Under the pieces are notes generated by a model, which saw only the letters and a program-made list of their open reading frames with translations, did not search any database and was not told where the DNA came from. A DNA stretch of 64,000 bases, taken from positions 34,531-98,530 of the forward strand of contig JAZLCN010000054.1 of the NCBI GenBank assembly GCA_045614255.1, read 5' to 3'. This DNA comes from Prevotella sp. (GTDB lineage: Bacteria > Bacteroidota > Bacteroidia > Bacteroidales > Bacteroidaceae). The stretch's first letter is position 1. Each line of letters begins with the position of its first letter. Made by a program: the position numbers and the translations under genes. This document shows, piece by piece, positions 39,101 through 48,195 of the stretch.

Positions 39101-39434
39101 TGAGCGCCGCCGCATGGGTATGGCCATCAAGTACTCTGCAATCCTCGGTGCTGGTGCCCGTCTGCGTCCTATCCTCATGACCTCACTTGCTATGATTATT
39201 GGTCTGCTGCCATTGATGTTTGCAAGTGGTGTAGGTAAGAATGGTAACCAAACTCTTGGTGCGGCTGCCGTTGGAGGTATGCTCATTGGTACTCTTTGTC
39301 AGGTGTTCATTGTACCAGCATTGTTTGCGGTATGTCAGTGGGCACAGGAGAAGATTAAGCCAATAGAGTTTGATGACGATGATGCTCATGTTGACACTGA
39401 GCTGTTGCAATATACACATCCTGTGGAAAAGTAG
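36195..39434 (+). CDS. RND efflux permease (HAE1/AcrB family)
   Basis: FIKRPVLS, LPIEQYPNIAPP, IAIVVDDAIVVVE, AKNAILIV, RLRPILMTS. Confidence 0.95.
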   Translation: MTFTNFIKRPVLSTVISIFFVLLGLIGLISLPIEQYPNIAPPTISVWTSYQGADAQTVLNSVITPLEESINGVENMTYLTSSATNDGSASITVYFEQGSDADMAAVNVQNRVSQAQALLPAEVTRVGVTVSKRQTSQVIMYTLTTDDGRYDDEFLTNYNNINIVPALKRVSGVGDVQSPGLKTYSMRIWLQPEKMKQYNLIPSDVSAALAEQNIEAAPGKFGEQSDVAYEYVMRYKGRLKTAEEYGDIIIRSDANGQILRLKDVANVELGGLQYNVSMRNNNNPSVMGMVQQIAGSNANQIATDVKSVLEEQAKNFPPGVKYKINYDVTEFLYASIEEVVFTLVLTLLLVFLVVYVFLQDFRSTLIPMIAVPVALIGTFLFLWIFGFSINLLVLSALLLAIAIVVDDAIVVVEAVHAKLDQGYKSALVASIDAMNEISGAIISITLVMSAVFVPVSFMGGISGTFYREFGITMAVSILISAVNALTLSPALCAIFLKPHEEHGDKKMSRVDRFHAAFNVQYEKLLGKYKKGVENVIKRRVLAASAIVIGIVVLVVTMNTTKTGLIPDEDTGTLFCTISMAPGTSQARTQEVIDYVDKMLAANPAIENREQLVGYNFIAGAGSDQATFIIKLKSFHDRPAGFFYMLSGLWEGDGISRFFVNPLANTSVLGTIYKQTASIKDAQILAFAPPMVSGFSATNGITFAMQDKTGGDLNRFFEITKNYLAELNKRPEIATAMTSYNPNYPQYMVDVDVAKCKQNGIGPNTILSTLQGYYGGMYASNFNAYGKLYRVMIQGSVDSRMSPDGLSNIYVRTPNGMAPVSEYCTLRRVYGPSNINRFNLFTCINVNASPADGYSSGQAIQAVEEVAAQVLPEGYGLDYSGLTRSEQESSDSTAIIFVLCIVFVYLILSAQYESYILPLAVILSIPFGLAGAFLFTQIFGHSNDIYMQIALIMLIGLLAKNAILIVQFALERRRMGMAIKYSAILGAGARLRPILMTSLAMIIGLLPLMFASGVGKNGNQTLGAAAVGGMLIGTLCQVFIVPALFAVCQWAQEKIKPIEFDDDDAHVDTELLQYTHPVEK

Positions 39435-39529
39435 ACAAGTAGACGAGTAAACGAGTTGGCAAGTTACTTGCAACTAGTATTACGAAATAAACAAACAAGC
39501 AACTTATCAACTCGTTAACTCGTCAACTA
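39431..39529. repeat. Octamer array AGT(T/A)GAC(A/G) with an inverted arm
   Basis: AGTAGACA AGTAGACG AGTAAACG AGTTGGCA ... CAACTTAT CAACTCGT TAACTCGT CAACT; begins inside the TAG stop. Confidence 0.75.
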
Positions 39530-39541
39530 AAAAAATATACA

Positions 39542-40924
39542 ATGCAAATGAAGACAAGAAATATAATCGCAATAATGTCGGCAGCTGTTCTCATGAGCAG
39601 CTGTGGACTCTACAATAAGTACGACCGCCCAGAGGTAAACACCAAGGGACTGATTCGCGATGCTGTATCAGATACCGATACCCTGGCTGTGGCTGACACT
39701 GCAAGCTTTGGCAACTTGCCTTGGCGCAGTGTGTTTACAGACCCACAGTTGCAGTCGCTCATTGAAAAAGGTTTGGCAAATAATCCAGATTTGCTTAATG
39801 CCGCACTCAATGTTAAGCAGGTTGAGGCAGCATTGCTTATAGCTAAACTGGCTTTCATTCCGTCAATAACACTTTCTCCACAAGGAACACTGGCTTCATT
39901 CGATGGCGCTACACCATCAAAGTCATACTCACTGCCAGTGACAGCCAGCTGGAACATTGACCTCTTTGGCAATCTGCTTGCTACAAAGCGCGGCGCTCAG
40001 AAGAACCTGATAGCAATGAAGGATTACCAGCAGGCTGTTCAGACAAGTGTGATTACCAACATTGCCAATATCTATTACACCCTGATGATGCTTGACCGTC
40101 AGCTTGAGATTCTTAACGAGATGACAGGACTGGCAAAGGACTCATGGGATAAGATGAAACTGATGGAGCTTCGCGGTTCACGCCCTCACAGCACAAAGAG
40201 CGCTGAGGCAAGCTACTACTCTGTGCTTGCTCAGGTAGAGGAGATGAAACGCCAGATACGTGAGACAGAGAATGCTCTCTCACTCTTGCTTGGCGAACCA
40301 GGCCACGCTATTGCCCGTGGCAAACTTAGCGAGCAGTCGTTGCCTTCAGAGTTCAGCACAGGTGTAGGTATTCAGTTGCTCAACAACCGTCCTGATGTTC
40401 ACTATGCTGAGATGCAGTTGGCACAGTGCTTCCACAATGTTCAGGTGGCTCGCAGCCGTTTCTATCCAAACATAAGCATTAGCGGTACAGGTGCGTTTAC
40501 AAACAATGGTGGTGTAGTAAATCCAGGCAAGTGGTTGCTCTCGGCTGTAGGTAGTCTTGTTCAGCCGATATTTATGAACGGTCAGCTTATTGCCGGACTT
40601 AAGGTGGCTAAGGCGCAGCAGGAACAGGCATACAACTCATGGCAGAATGCAGTTCTTAAAGCAGGCAACGAAGTGAGCAATGCTCTTGTGGCTTATAATG
40701 CGAATGCCGAGAAGACACGTCTTGAGGAAAAGCAGGTGAATGCCCTCCGCACTGCCTATGAGAACGTAAAGGAACTTTATGGCAAGTCAAATGTGACATA
40801 TCTTGAGGTAATCAGCGCACAGTCTCAGTTGCTCAATGCTGAGTTATCAAAGACTGCCGATGAATTCTACAAGATGCAGGCTGTAGTAAGTCTGTATAGT
40901 GCACTTGGCGGAGGAAGATATTAA
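39542..40924 (+). CDS. TolC/OprM family outer membrane efflux lipoprotein
   Basis: Lipobox LMSSC; WRSVFTDPQLQSLI, NRPDV..AE, FYPNI, YSALGGG. Confidence 0.92.
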   Translation: MQMKTRNIIAIMSAAVLMSSCGLYNKYDRPEVNTKGLIRDAVSDTDTLAVADTASFGNLPWRSVFTDPQLQSLIEKGLANNPDLLNAALNVKQVEAALLIAKLAFIPSITLSPQGTLASFDGATPSKSYSLPVTASWNIDLFGNLLATKRGAQKNLIAMKDYQQAVQTSVITNIANIYYTLMMLDRQLEILNEMTGLAKDSWDKMKLMELRGSRPHSTKSAEASYYSVLAQVEEMKRQIRETENALSLLLGEPGHAIARGKLSEQSLPSEFSTGVGIQLLNNRPDVHYAEMQLAQCFHNVQVARSRFYPNISISGTGAFTNNGGVVNPGKWLLSAVGSLVQPIFMNGQLIAGLKVAKAQQEQAYNSWQNAVLKAGNEVSNALVAYNANAEKTRLEEKQVNALRTAYENVKELYGKSNVTYLEVISAQSQLLNAELSKTADEFYKMQAVVSLYSALGGGRY

Positions 40925-40929
40925 ATTTA

Positions 40930-41029
40930 AGTAGACAAGTAGACGAGTTGACAAGTTAATAAGTTAATGGCGTTTATAAATCAAATAACTCGTCACTCGT
41001 CAACTAAATACAACAACTCGTCAACTAAA
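40930..41029. repeat. Octamer array with an inverted arm
   Basis: AGTAGACA AGTAGACG AGTTGACA AGTTAATA ... ACTCGTCA CTCGTCAACT ... CAACTCGTCAACT. Confidence 0.75.
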
Positions 41030-41038
41030 TATAATAAT

Positions 41039-41812
41039 ATGATTAGCGACAAAGCATTAGTAAGCCCTAAGGCAAAGATAGGACAGAATGTAACAATCTA
41101 TCCTTTCGCATATATCGAAGACGATGTCGTAATAGGCGACAACTGTATAATCTATCCATACGTGAGCATTATGAACGGCACACGCATGGGCAGTGATAAC
41201 AAGGTGTTCCAGAACACTGTGCTCGGAGCAGAGCCACAGGATTTTAACTATCGTGGTGATGCCTCACAGCTCATCATTGGCAATGGTAATATCATACGTG
41301 AGAATGTGGTTATCAACCGTGCCACTTTCAGCGACGGACAGACTGTCATAGGCGATAAGAATTTCCTGATGGAAGGTGTTCACGTGTCTCATGATACCAA
41401 GATCGGTCGTGCCAATGTTTTTGGTTATGGTACAAAGATTGCTGGCGACTGCATCATCGGTGACCGTGTTATATTCTCTTCTGGAGTTATTGCCAACCCA
41501 GGCGCACGTGTGGGAGATGCTGCGATGATTCAGAGTGGTACACGTTTTAGCAAGGATATCCCTCCATTCATCGTCGCTACTGACAATCCTGTGCGCTTTG
41601 GCGGTGTTAATAAGACAATCCTTCGCAACTATAGTGTAGATGAGAAGGAAATAGCGCATATTGCCAATGCCTATCGACTGGTGTTCCATGGTCAGACATC
41701 TCTCTTTGATGCCATTCAGCAGATTAAGGACCAGGTGCCAGACAGTGATATGATTCAGAATGTTATCAGATTCTTGTCAGACACAAAACTTGGTGTAATA
41801 GGTACATATTAA
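41039..41812 (+). CDS. Acyl-ACP--UDP-N-acetylglucosamine O-acyltransferase-like protein (LpxA paralogue)
   Basis: MISDKALVSPKAKIG start; hexapeptide repeats; GAEPQDFNY, IRENVVINR, VHVSHD, DIPPF. Confidence 0.85.
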   Translation: MISDKALVSPKAKIGQNVTIYPFAYIEDDVVIGDNCIIYPYVSIMNGTRMGSDNKVFQNTVLGAEPQDFNYRGDASQLIIGNGNIIRENVVINRATFSDGQTVIGDKNFLMEGVHVSHDTKIGRANVFGYGTKIAGDCIIGDRVIFSSGVIANPGARVGDAAMIQSGTRFSKDIPPFIVATDNPVRFGGVNKTILRNYSVDEKEIAHIANAYRLVFHGQTSLFDAIQQIKDQVPDSDMIQNVIRFLSDTKLGVIGTY

Positions 41813-41832
41813 ACAGTTTTGTATATAATAAG

Positions 41833-41864
41833 AATGGCGGCAGATTAAACTGTCGCCATTTTTT
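41833..41864. terminator. Bidirectional intrinsic terminator
   Basis: AATGGCGGCAG-ATTAAA-CTGTCGCCATT followed by a T-run, between convergent genes. Confidence 0.75.
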
Positions 41865-41905
41865 ATTGTGTTACAATTCTACTAAAAGCGTAGTTTGATT
41901 AAGAC

Positions 41906-42370
41906 CTACTCAAAGTAGTAGAGGAATGTAGCAAGACCTTCAACTGCTTTCTTTTTCTGGTCTTTTATCTCAATTGCAAACTTAATCTCTGCCTTTACTG
42001 TTCCGCGCAGGTTGGCAATAGAGTTGAGGTCGGCAACGAGTCGTATTGACTCGCCAGACTTAACAGCCTGTCCGAACTTCATCTTATCCATGCCATAGTT
42101 TACCATCATCTTCAGGTTGTGTACCTCAATAATCTGGTTCCACATGTGTGGAAGCATAGACAATGTAAGGTAACCATGTGCTATGGTTGTCTTGAACGGA
42201 CTCTCTGTCTTTGCTTTCTCTGTGTCTACATGAATCCACTGATGGTCGAGCGTAGCATCAGCAAACATGTTGATGCGTTCCTGCGACAGTTCCACCCATT
42301 CGGATACACCAAGGTTCTGACCTTCCTTGGCTGCAAACTCTTCGTAATTGTTGATTATTAACTTGCTCAT
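41906..42370 (-). CDS. MaoC family dehydratase (hotdog fold)
   Basis: FADATLDHQWIHVD, TIAHGYLTLS, VNYGMDKMKF. Confidence 0.9.
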   Translation of the reverse strand: MSKLIINNYEEFAAKEGQNLGVSEWVELSQERINMFADATLDHQWIHVDTEKAKTESPFKTTIAHGYLTLSMLPHMWNQIIEVHNLKMMVNYGMDKMKFGQAVKSGESIRLVADLNSIANLRGTVKAEIKFAIEIKDQKKKAVEGLATFLYYFE

Positions 42371-42434
42371 AGTTTTTTCTTATTTTATGTTGTTGTAATC
42401 TGTCCATTTAAAAAGTATCCCAGCAAATAAGATA

Positions 42435-43211
42435 TCAATACGACGCCGTGCATGGTATGCCAGCGGCAATGACCTTATCCCTAATGCTGTTAAGTAAATC
42501 AGGCTCTGCTTTAAGCAATCCTTTTATAGGAGTCTCACGGTCGATGGTATATATCATCACGCTATGCGGTTTGATGTTTTTTAGTGCCTCAAGCCAAGGC
42601 GTCACGTATTGTTCGCCTGTGTTGTCTAAGTCCTCTCCCATGTGCTCGCCCTTCATGAACATAGTCTGTATTATCACATGCCCGTTGAATGCCTTTAGGT
42701 TCTCAATAATCTCAGGCAGGTTGTAAGTGCAAGCAGGGCGGTCCACCTTATTTATATATATAGGGTCAACAGTGTCAAGCTTCAGAATATTATTGTCAAC
42801 CTTCATCAAAGCCTCATGAACGGCATTGCGATGTATGAACGTTGAGTTTGATAAGACTGAAATTTTTGCTTTTGGAAAATATTTGTTGCGCAGGCCGATA
42901 GTATCGTCAATGATTTCCGCAAAGTCAGGATGGCATGTTGGCTCGCCATTGCCTGCAAAAGTAAGAACATCAGGTTCAGGACCATTGGCTGCCATATCTT
43001 GAAGCTTCCTCTCAAGTGCCTCGGCCACCTCGGTGCGTGTAGGCATTTTTTTCTTTGGTCTGTTGTCTGCATTCAATCCGCACTCGCAGTAGATGCAGTC
43101 AAACGAACAAACTTTACCGTCGGCAGGCAGCAAGTTGATGCCCAGCGACACACCTAAGCGCCTACTGTGTATAGGTCCGAATATCGGTGATGGGTATATT
43201 ATTGTGCTCAT
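42435..43211 (-). CDS. Radical SAM protein
   Basis: FGPIHSRRLGVSLG, CSFDCIYCECG, FAGNGEPT, LSN. Confidence 0.9.
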   Translation of the reverse strand: MSTIIYPSPIFGPIHSRRLGVSLGINLLPADGKVCSFDCIYCECGLNADNRPKKKMPTRTEVAEALERKLQDMAANGPEPDVLTFAGNGEPTCHPDFAEIIDDTIGLRNKYFPKAKISVLSNSTFIHRNAVHEALMKVDNNILKLDTVDPIYINKVDRPACTYNLPEIIENLKAFNGHVIIQTMFMKGEHMGEDLDNTGEQYVTPWLEALKNIKPHSVMIYTIDRETPIKGLLKAEPDLLNSIRDKVIAAGIPCTASY

Positions 43212-43220
43212 ATTTTTTTT

Positions 43221-43436
43221 AAGTTGACAAGTTGACGAGTTGTTTGATTAAGTTGACAAGTAGACGGGTTGACGAGTAGACAAGTTGTTTGATTGAGTTG
43301 ATAAGTTGACAAGTTGTTTGATTGAGTTGACAAGCAGACAAGTTATTAGAACCCGAGGTAATGTCCTCTATCTTCTTCTATCTTCTTCTATCTCCCTCTA
43401 TCTCCTTTTAATCCACGCATCTCTCATCCCTCATCA
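43221..43436. repeat. Composite array: octamer (43221-43344), decamer CTATCTTCTT (43368-43405), heptamer CTCATCC (43419-43436)
   Basis: Read directly; lies between a -7 element (43459-43466, minus strand) and the radical SAM start codon. Confidence 0.8.
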
Positions 43437-43458
43437 TTTATTTCATTCTCTTTCAACG

Positions 43459-43466
43459 CAAAGGTA
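43459..43466 (-). promoter_or_regulatory. -7 element TACCTTTG for the radical SAM/maoC genes
   Basis: Reverse complement of CAAAGGTA. Confidence 0.5.
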
Positions 43467-43571
43467 TTAAAAAAAGTCAGATGCTCGCAGTTAATACATG
43501 TTAAAACTGTATTTTTTAGTGGTTTTTTTTGTTACTTTGCAAGTAATTAGGTGTATTATAGCCAAATAAGA

Positions 43572-44450
43572 ATGGGTAAAAGACGTAAAAGAGCCAGCAA
43601 CCGCCGTGGTTTGCAGGTTGTTACTTTATGTATAAGCACAACAATGGTACTTGTTTTGCTGGGAATGGTTGTGTTCTCGGTGCTTACAGCTCGTAACCTT
43701 TCTGCATATGTGAAGGAGAACCTCACAGTTACTGTGATGCTAAGTGATAAGTCAAACGACAATCTCGCTAAACTTATGTGCCGCAATCTGTATAGTAGTG
43801 CTTATGTTCGCAATGTCGACTATATAAGTAAAGAGCAAGCAAAGATAGAGCAGACGGCTGCTATGGGCAGTGACCCGTCGGAATTTCTTGGTTTTAATCC
43901 TTTTACTGCGACCTTAGAACTGCAGTTGAAATCAGATTATGTCAACCGTGACTCTCTTAAGTGGATAGTTGCTGACTTAAAGAAACGTCCTCTTGTCACC
44001 GATGTGGCATATCAGGAAGACCTTATGGATAGTGTTAATGCTAATTTGCAGAAAATAAACATTGTGCTTGTTGCATTGGCGCTATTGCTCATGTGCGTTT
44101 CATTTTCTCTTATCAGCAACACCGTGCGTCTCGACGTGTATTCGCGTCGTTTCCTCATACATACCATGAAACTGGTTGGTGCCTCATGGGGATTTATCCG
44201 TCGTCCATTCGTTAACAAGGCTTTGCTTATAGGACTGCTTGCGTCGTTCTTTGCCTGTGTGGTATTAGCGGGTGGAGTATATGCGCTTTATAGGTTTGAA
44301 CCAAACATCCTTGTCATTATAACAATAAACGAACTGATTATCACAGGAGCATCAGTGTTTGTATTTGGAATATTAATCACGTTGATTTGCTCATACATAT
44401 CAGTAAATAAGTTCCTCAAAATGACAGCAGGAGAACTCTACAAGATATAG
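43572..44450 (+). CDS. ftsX: Cell division permease FtsX
   Basis: ISTTMVLVLLG, ISKEQA, FLGFNP, ISNTVRL..YSRRFLIHTMKLVGASWGFIRRPF. Confidence 0.92.
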   Translation: MGKRRKRASNRRGLQVVTLCISTTMVLVLLGMVVFSVLTARNLSAYVKENLTVTVMLSDKSNDNLAKLMCRNLYSSAYVRNVDYISKEQAKIEQTAAMGSDPSEFLGFNPFTATLELQLKSDYVNRDSLKWIVADLKKRPLVTDVAYQEDLMDSVNANLQKINIVLVALALLLMCVSFSLISNTVRLDVYSRRFLIHTMKLVGASWGFIRRPFVNKALLIGLLASFFACVVLAGGVYALYRFEPNILVIITINELIITGASVFVFGILITLICSYISVNKFLKMTAGELYKI

Positions 44451-44501
44451 TTCTGTTTGGGATCAACTTCAACAAACAACATGTAAACAAAGAAAATATA
44501 T

Positions 44502-44753
44502 ATGGATAATAGGAATTTTGCTTTTAAGCGTATTAATTTCATACTGCTTGCCATAAGCATGGCTATTGTAGTGATAGGTTTTCTACTTATGAGTGGTCCT
44601 GGGTCAACAGAGACAGAGTTCAACCCAGAGATATTCAGCGACCGTCGCATAAAATTGGCTCCAGTGGTGTGCCTTGTAGGTTTTCTTATGATGATAGTTG
44701 CTGTGATGTATAAGCCAAAGGCTAAGGAAGACAATTCAGAGAAAGATAATTAA
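44502..44753 (+). CDS. DUF3098 family membrane protein
   Basis: NFAF..INFILL, GFLLMSG, FNPEIFS.RRI..AP; usual neighbour of ftsX and uppP. Confidence 0.8.
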   Translation: MDNRNFAFKRINFILLAISMAIVVIGFLLMSGPGSTETEFNPEIFSDRRIKLAPVVCLVGFLMMIVAVMYKPKAKEDNSEKDN

Positions 44754-44758
44754 TTCAG

Positions 44759-45613
44759 ATGGATAATATGTCTGTATTTGAGGCGATAATCATCGCCATA
44801 GTAGAGGGACTCACCGAGTTTCTGCCTGTGTCTTCAACGGGCCACATGATTATAACCCAGAATGTGCTGGGCGTGGAGAGCACCGAGTTTGTCAAGGCAT
44901 TTACCTTTATCATACAGTTTGGAGCCATTCTGTCTGTGGTTGTACTGTACTGGAAACGTTTCTTCCAGCTCAATCGTACACTATTGCCCGAAGGCGCATC
45001 TAAACTAAAACAGTTTCTGCATAAGTTTGATTTCTATTGGAAACTGTTCGTGGCATTCATCCCAGCCGCAGTGCTTGGCTTGCTGTTCAGCGATGCCATC
45101 GACGCCATGCTTGAGCGTGTAGAGGTGGTTGCAGTGATGCTGGTTATTGGCGGTATCTTCATGCTCTATTGCGATAAGATATTCAATAAGGGCAGTGATG
45201 ACACTAAGTTCACTGAGAAGCGCGCCTTCATGGTTGGTCTTTATCAGTGTATCTCTATGATACCAGGTGTATCTCGCTCTATGGCAACTATAGTAGGAGG
45301 TATGTCTCAGCGCATGACTCGTAAGGCTGCGGCCGAGTTCTCGTTCTTCCTTGCAGTGCCAACAATGTTTGCTGCCACGGTATATAAGATGTATAAACTC
45401 TTCAAGGAGGGTGGCACAGAGATTATCATGGATAATATGGTTGTGCTTATTGTGGGCAATGTTGTAGCGTTTATTGTAGCCATGCTTGCCATCAAGTTCT
45501 TTATCAGCTATGTTCAGAAATATGGATTCAAGGCCTTTGGCTGGTATCGCATAATCGTTGGCGGCCTTATTCTCGTTTGGCTGTTGATGGGAAATAGTTT
45601 AGAGATGGTTTGA
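44759..45613 (+). CDS. uppP: Undecaprenyl-diphosphate phosphatase
   Basis: [40 protein letters not shown]. Confidence 0.95.
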   Translation: MDNMSVFEAIIIAIVEGLTEFLPVSSTGHMIITQNVLGVESTEFVKAFTFIIQFGAILSVVVLYWKRFFQLNRTLLPEGASKLKQFLHKFDFYWKLFVAFIPAAVLGLLFSDAIDAMLERVEVVAVMLVIGGIFMLYCDKIFNKGSDDTKFTEKRAFMVGLYQCISMIPGVSRSMATIVGGMSQRMTRKAAAEFSFFLAVPTMFAATVYKMYKLFKEGGTEIIMDNMVVLIVGNVVAFIVAMLAIKFFISYVQKYGFKAFGWYRIIVGGLILVWLLMGNSLEMV

Positions 45614-45680
45614 TGAGATTGTGAGGTCGTAAGGTTGTGAGGTTATGAGTTACTAGCCACAACTAACAACCAGGCAACTT
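45614..45680. repeat. Octamer array TTGTGAGG with a C-rich downstream arm
   Basis: ttgtgagg tcgtaagg ttgtgagg ttatgagt ... ccacaactaacaacc. Confidence 0.6.
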
Positions 45681-45694
45681 AAAATTGGTTTAAC

Positions 45695-46417
45695 ATGGAC
45701 TTTTTAGAAGGCGAGATAATATATCTTAATAAACCCTACGGCATGTCTAGCTTCGGTGCGTTGGCGCGCATCCGCTATCTTATATCCAAGAAGATTGGAG
45801 TAAAACGGGTGAAGACAGGACATGCTGGTACGCTTGACCCTTTGGCCACTGGTGTGCTGATACTATGTACTGGTAAGAAGACAAAGGAACTGGACCAGAT
45901 GCTGTATCATAGCAAGGAATACACCGCAATATTGCAGTTAGGAGCAACAACTCCGAGTTTCGACAAAGAGCACACCGTTGACCATACCTATCCTACGGCT
46001 CATATCACGCGCGAACTGATAGAGGAGACGCTGAAACAGTTTGTTGGTGAGATAGAGCAGGTGCCACCAGAGTATTCGGCCGTTAAGGTTGACGGTAAGC
46101 GCGCATACAAGATTGCGCGAAAAGGAGAGGCTGTAGAACTAAAAGCCAAGACGCTGAAGATAGACGAGATAGAGCTGACGGCATTCGACCCGCAAAAAAT
46201 GCAGATGAGCATTCGCGTTGTATGCAGCAAAGGCACATATATAAGAGCACTTGCCCGCGATATTGGCAAGGCACTTGGCAGTGGAGCGTTCCTCGAAGCC
46301 TTGTGCCGTACACGTATCGGCGAGGTGCGCATAGAGGAGTGTATCACAATGGAAGAATTTCCGGAGTGGTTGGAGAAGGAAACTTCCCCTTGCCCCTCAG
46401 AAGTTGAGGCTGTCTAA
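45695..46417 (+). CDS. truB: tRNA pseudouridine(55) synthase
   Basis: KTGHAGTLDPLATGVL, PPEYSAVKVDGKRAY, CSKGTYIR. Confidence 0.96.
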   Translation: MDFLEGEIIYLNKPYGMSSFGALARIRYLISKKIGVKRVKTGHAGTLDPLATGVLILCTGKKTKELDQMLYHSKEYTAILQLGATTPSFDKEHTVDHTYPTAHITRELIEETLKQFVGEIEQVPPEYSAVKVDGKRAYKIARKGEAVELKAKTLKIDEIELTAFDPQKMQMSIRVVCSKGTYIRALARDIGKALGSGAFLEALCRTRIGEVRIEECITMEEFPEWLEKETSPCPSEVEAV

Positions 46418-46548
46418 GGTCAAAGGTCTAAGGTCAAAGGTCTGAGATCAAAGGCCAAAGGTCAAAGGGCTTCTTCTACGAACTCCATAAGTCCCAAAAT
46501 CCTAGAAACTCCAAAATTAAGCATTAAGAATTAAGCATTAAGCATTAT
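46413..46548. repeat. Heptamer arrays AAGGTC(A/T) and TTAAGCA in the truB-queA spacer
   Basis: ctaaggtcaaaggtctaaggtcaaaggtctgagatcaaaggccaaaggtcaaagg; ttaagcattaagaattaagcattaagcatta. Confidence 0.75.
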
Positions 46549-46559
46549 AATATATATTA

Positions 46560-47720
46560 ATGAAGCTATCACAATTTAAATTTAAATTGCCAGAGACTCA
46601 AGTGGCATTAGAACCGCCACATCTGGCTTTTGAGAATGAAGACGGAACAGTAGATAAGGTTTATCGTCGCGACGAATGCCGACTGATGGTTGTGCATCGT
46701 AAGAGTCAGACAATAGAAATGTACAAGAAAGATGCTGAAGGCAATGCAATGAAAGACGCCGAAGGCAATCCATTGTATATGACCTTCCGCGATGTGGTAA
46801 ACTATTTCGACGAAGGCGATGTGTTTGTGTTCAACGACACAAAGGTGTTCCCTGCGCGCCTTTATGGAACAAAGGAAAAGACTGATGCCAAGATTGAGGT
46901 GTTCCTGCTGCGCGAGCTAAATGAAGAACTGCGTCTATGGGATGTGCTTGTAGAGCCAGCCCGTAAGATTCGTATTGGCAACAAACTGTTCTTCGACGAA
47001 GATGGTCCAATGGTAGCCGAGGTTATTGACAATACCACAAGCCGTGGCCGTACATTGCGTTTCCTCTATGACTGTCCTCATGACGACTTCAAGAAAGAAC
47101 TCTTTGCCTTAGGCGAGGCTCCGCTCCCACGCTATATCGTTGACAAGCGTCCGGCAACAGCCGACGATATGGAAAACTTCCAAACTCTATATGCCAAAAA
47201 CGAAGGCGCTGTTACGGCTCCTTCAAGCGGACTCCATTTCAGTCGTGAGCTGATGAAGATTATGGAGATACGTGGCATTGAGTCGGCCTATATCACCGTT
47301 CATTGCGGACTGGGCAGTTTCGAACCTATCGAGGTTGAAGACCTTACCAAGCATAAGATGAACTCTGAGCAGATGATAATAGGCGCAGAGGCTTGTAAGA
47401 TAGTAAACTCTGCCAAGCAGGCAGGTCGTCGTGTCTGCACCATCGGCGTAAGCACTACACGTGCCACAGAAACAGCCGTAGGCACAGACGGATTCCTTAA
47501 GGAATACGATGGATGGACCAATAAGTTCATCTTCCCTCCATACGATTTTGGCATGTCAAATAGTATGATTTCAAACTTCTATCATCCAGAGTCAACTATG
47601 GTGATGATTACCGCAGCCTTTGGTGGTTACGACCTCGTGATGGATGCCTATAAGATGGCGGTGAAGAATGGATATAAGTTTGGCTGCTATGGCGACGCCA
47701 TGCTGATACTCGATGATTGA
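46560..47720 (+). CDS. queA: S-adenosylmethionine:tRNA ribosyltransferase-isomerase
   Basis: [60 protein letters not shown]. Confidence 0.93.
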   Translation: MKLSQFKFKLPETQVALEPPHLAFENEDGTVDKVYRRDECRLMVVHRKSQTIEMYKKDAEGNAMKDAEGNPLYMTFRDVVNYFDEGDVFVFNDTKVFPARLYGTKEKTDAKIEVFLLRELNEELRLWDVLVEPARKIRIGNKLFFDEDGPMVAEVIDNTTSRGRTLRFLYDCPHDDFKKELFALGEAPLPRYIVDKRPATADDMENFQTLYAKNEGAVTAPSSGLHFSRELMKIMEIRGIESAYITVHCGLGSFEPIEVEDLTKHKMNSEQMIIGAEACKIVNSAKQAGRRVCTIGVSTTRATETAVGTDGFLKEYDGWTNKFIFPPYDFGMSNSMISNFYHPESTMVMITAAFGGYDLVMDAYKMAVKNGYKFGCYGDAMLILDD

Positions 47721-48162
47721 GCATAACGTTTACCTTGGTCTTGGAGCCAATCTGGGAGATAAAGAGCAAACAATACTCCATGCGATATCTCTTATCGGCG
47801 AAAGGGTAGGGAGGGTAAGATACCAGTCAAGTATATACACCACCAATCCCTGGGGCTTTGTATCAGACAATAAGTTTGCCAATGCCGCCGTATGCTGCGT
47901 CACAATGCTCACCCCACGCCAAGTGCTTGAGCAGACGCAAGAAATAGAGCGTATGCTGGGAAGAACAACTAAGACCACTGGCACAGACTATCATGACAGG
48001 GCGATAGACATAGATATACTTATGTATGACGACTTGCATGTAGATGAACCAGATCTTAAGATACCTCATCCGCTGATGAGAGAGCGCGAGTTTGTGATGG
48101 TGCCTCTAAATGAGATATTCTCCCTGGCTGGTATGCCAGTCATTCAATCAGATATTAAATAA
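47713..48162 (+). CDS. folK: 2-amino-4-hydroxy-6-hydroxymethyldihydropteridine diphosphokinase
   Basis: [43 protein letters not shown]. Confidence 0.93.
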   Translation: MIEHNVYLGLGANLGDKEQTILHAISLIGERVGRVRYQSSIYTTNPWGFVSDNKFANAAVCCVTMLTPRQVLEQTQEIERMLGRTTKTTGTDYHDRAIDIDILMYDDLHVDEPDLKIPHPLMREREFVMVPLNEIFSLAGMPVIQSDIK

Positions 48163-48195
48163 CTAAATTATAAATAACTATTGCTTTTTACAATT

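Noticed and set aside
40967-41038. N-terminal extension MAFINQITRHSSTKYNNSSTKYNN of the LpxA-like ORF
   Set aside because: It is a translation of the octamer array; the LpxA-like sequence starts at ATG 41039.
43221-43344. Octamer and heptamer arrays as a CRISPR array
   Set aside because: Units are 7-10 nt with no 23-50-nt repeats, no unique spacers and no cas genes; the same applies to all arrays in the window.
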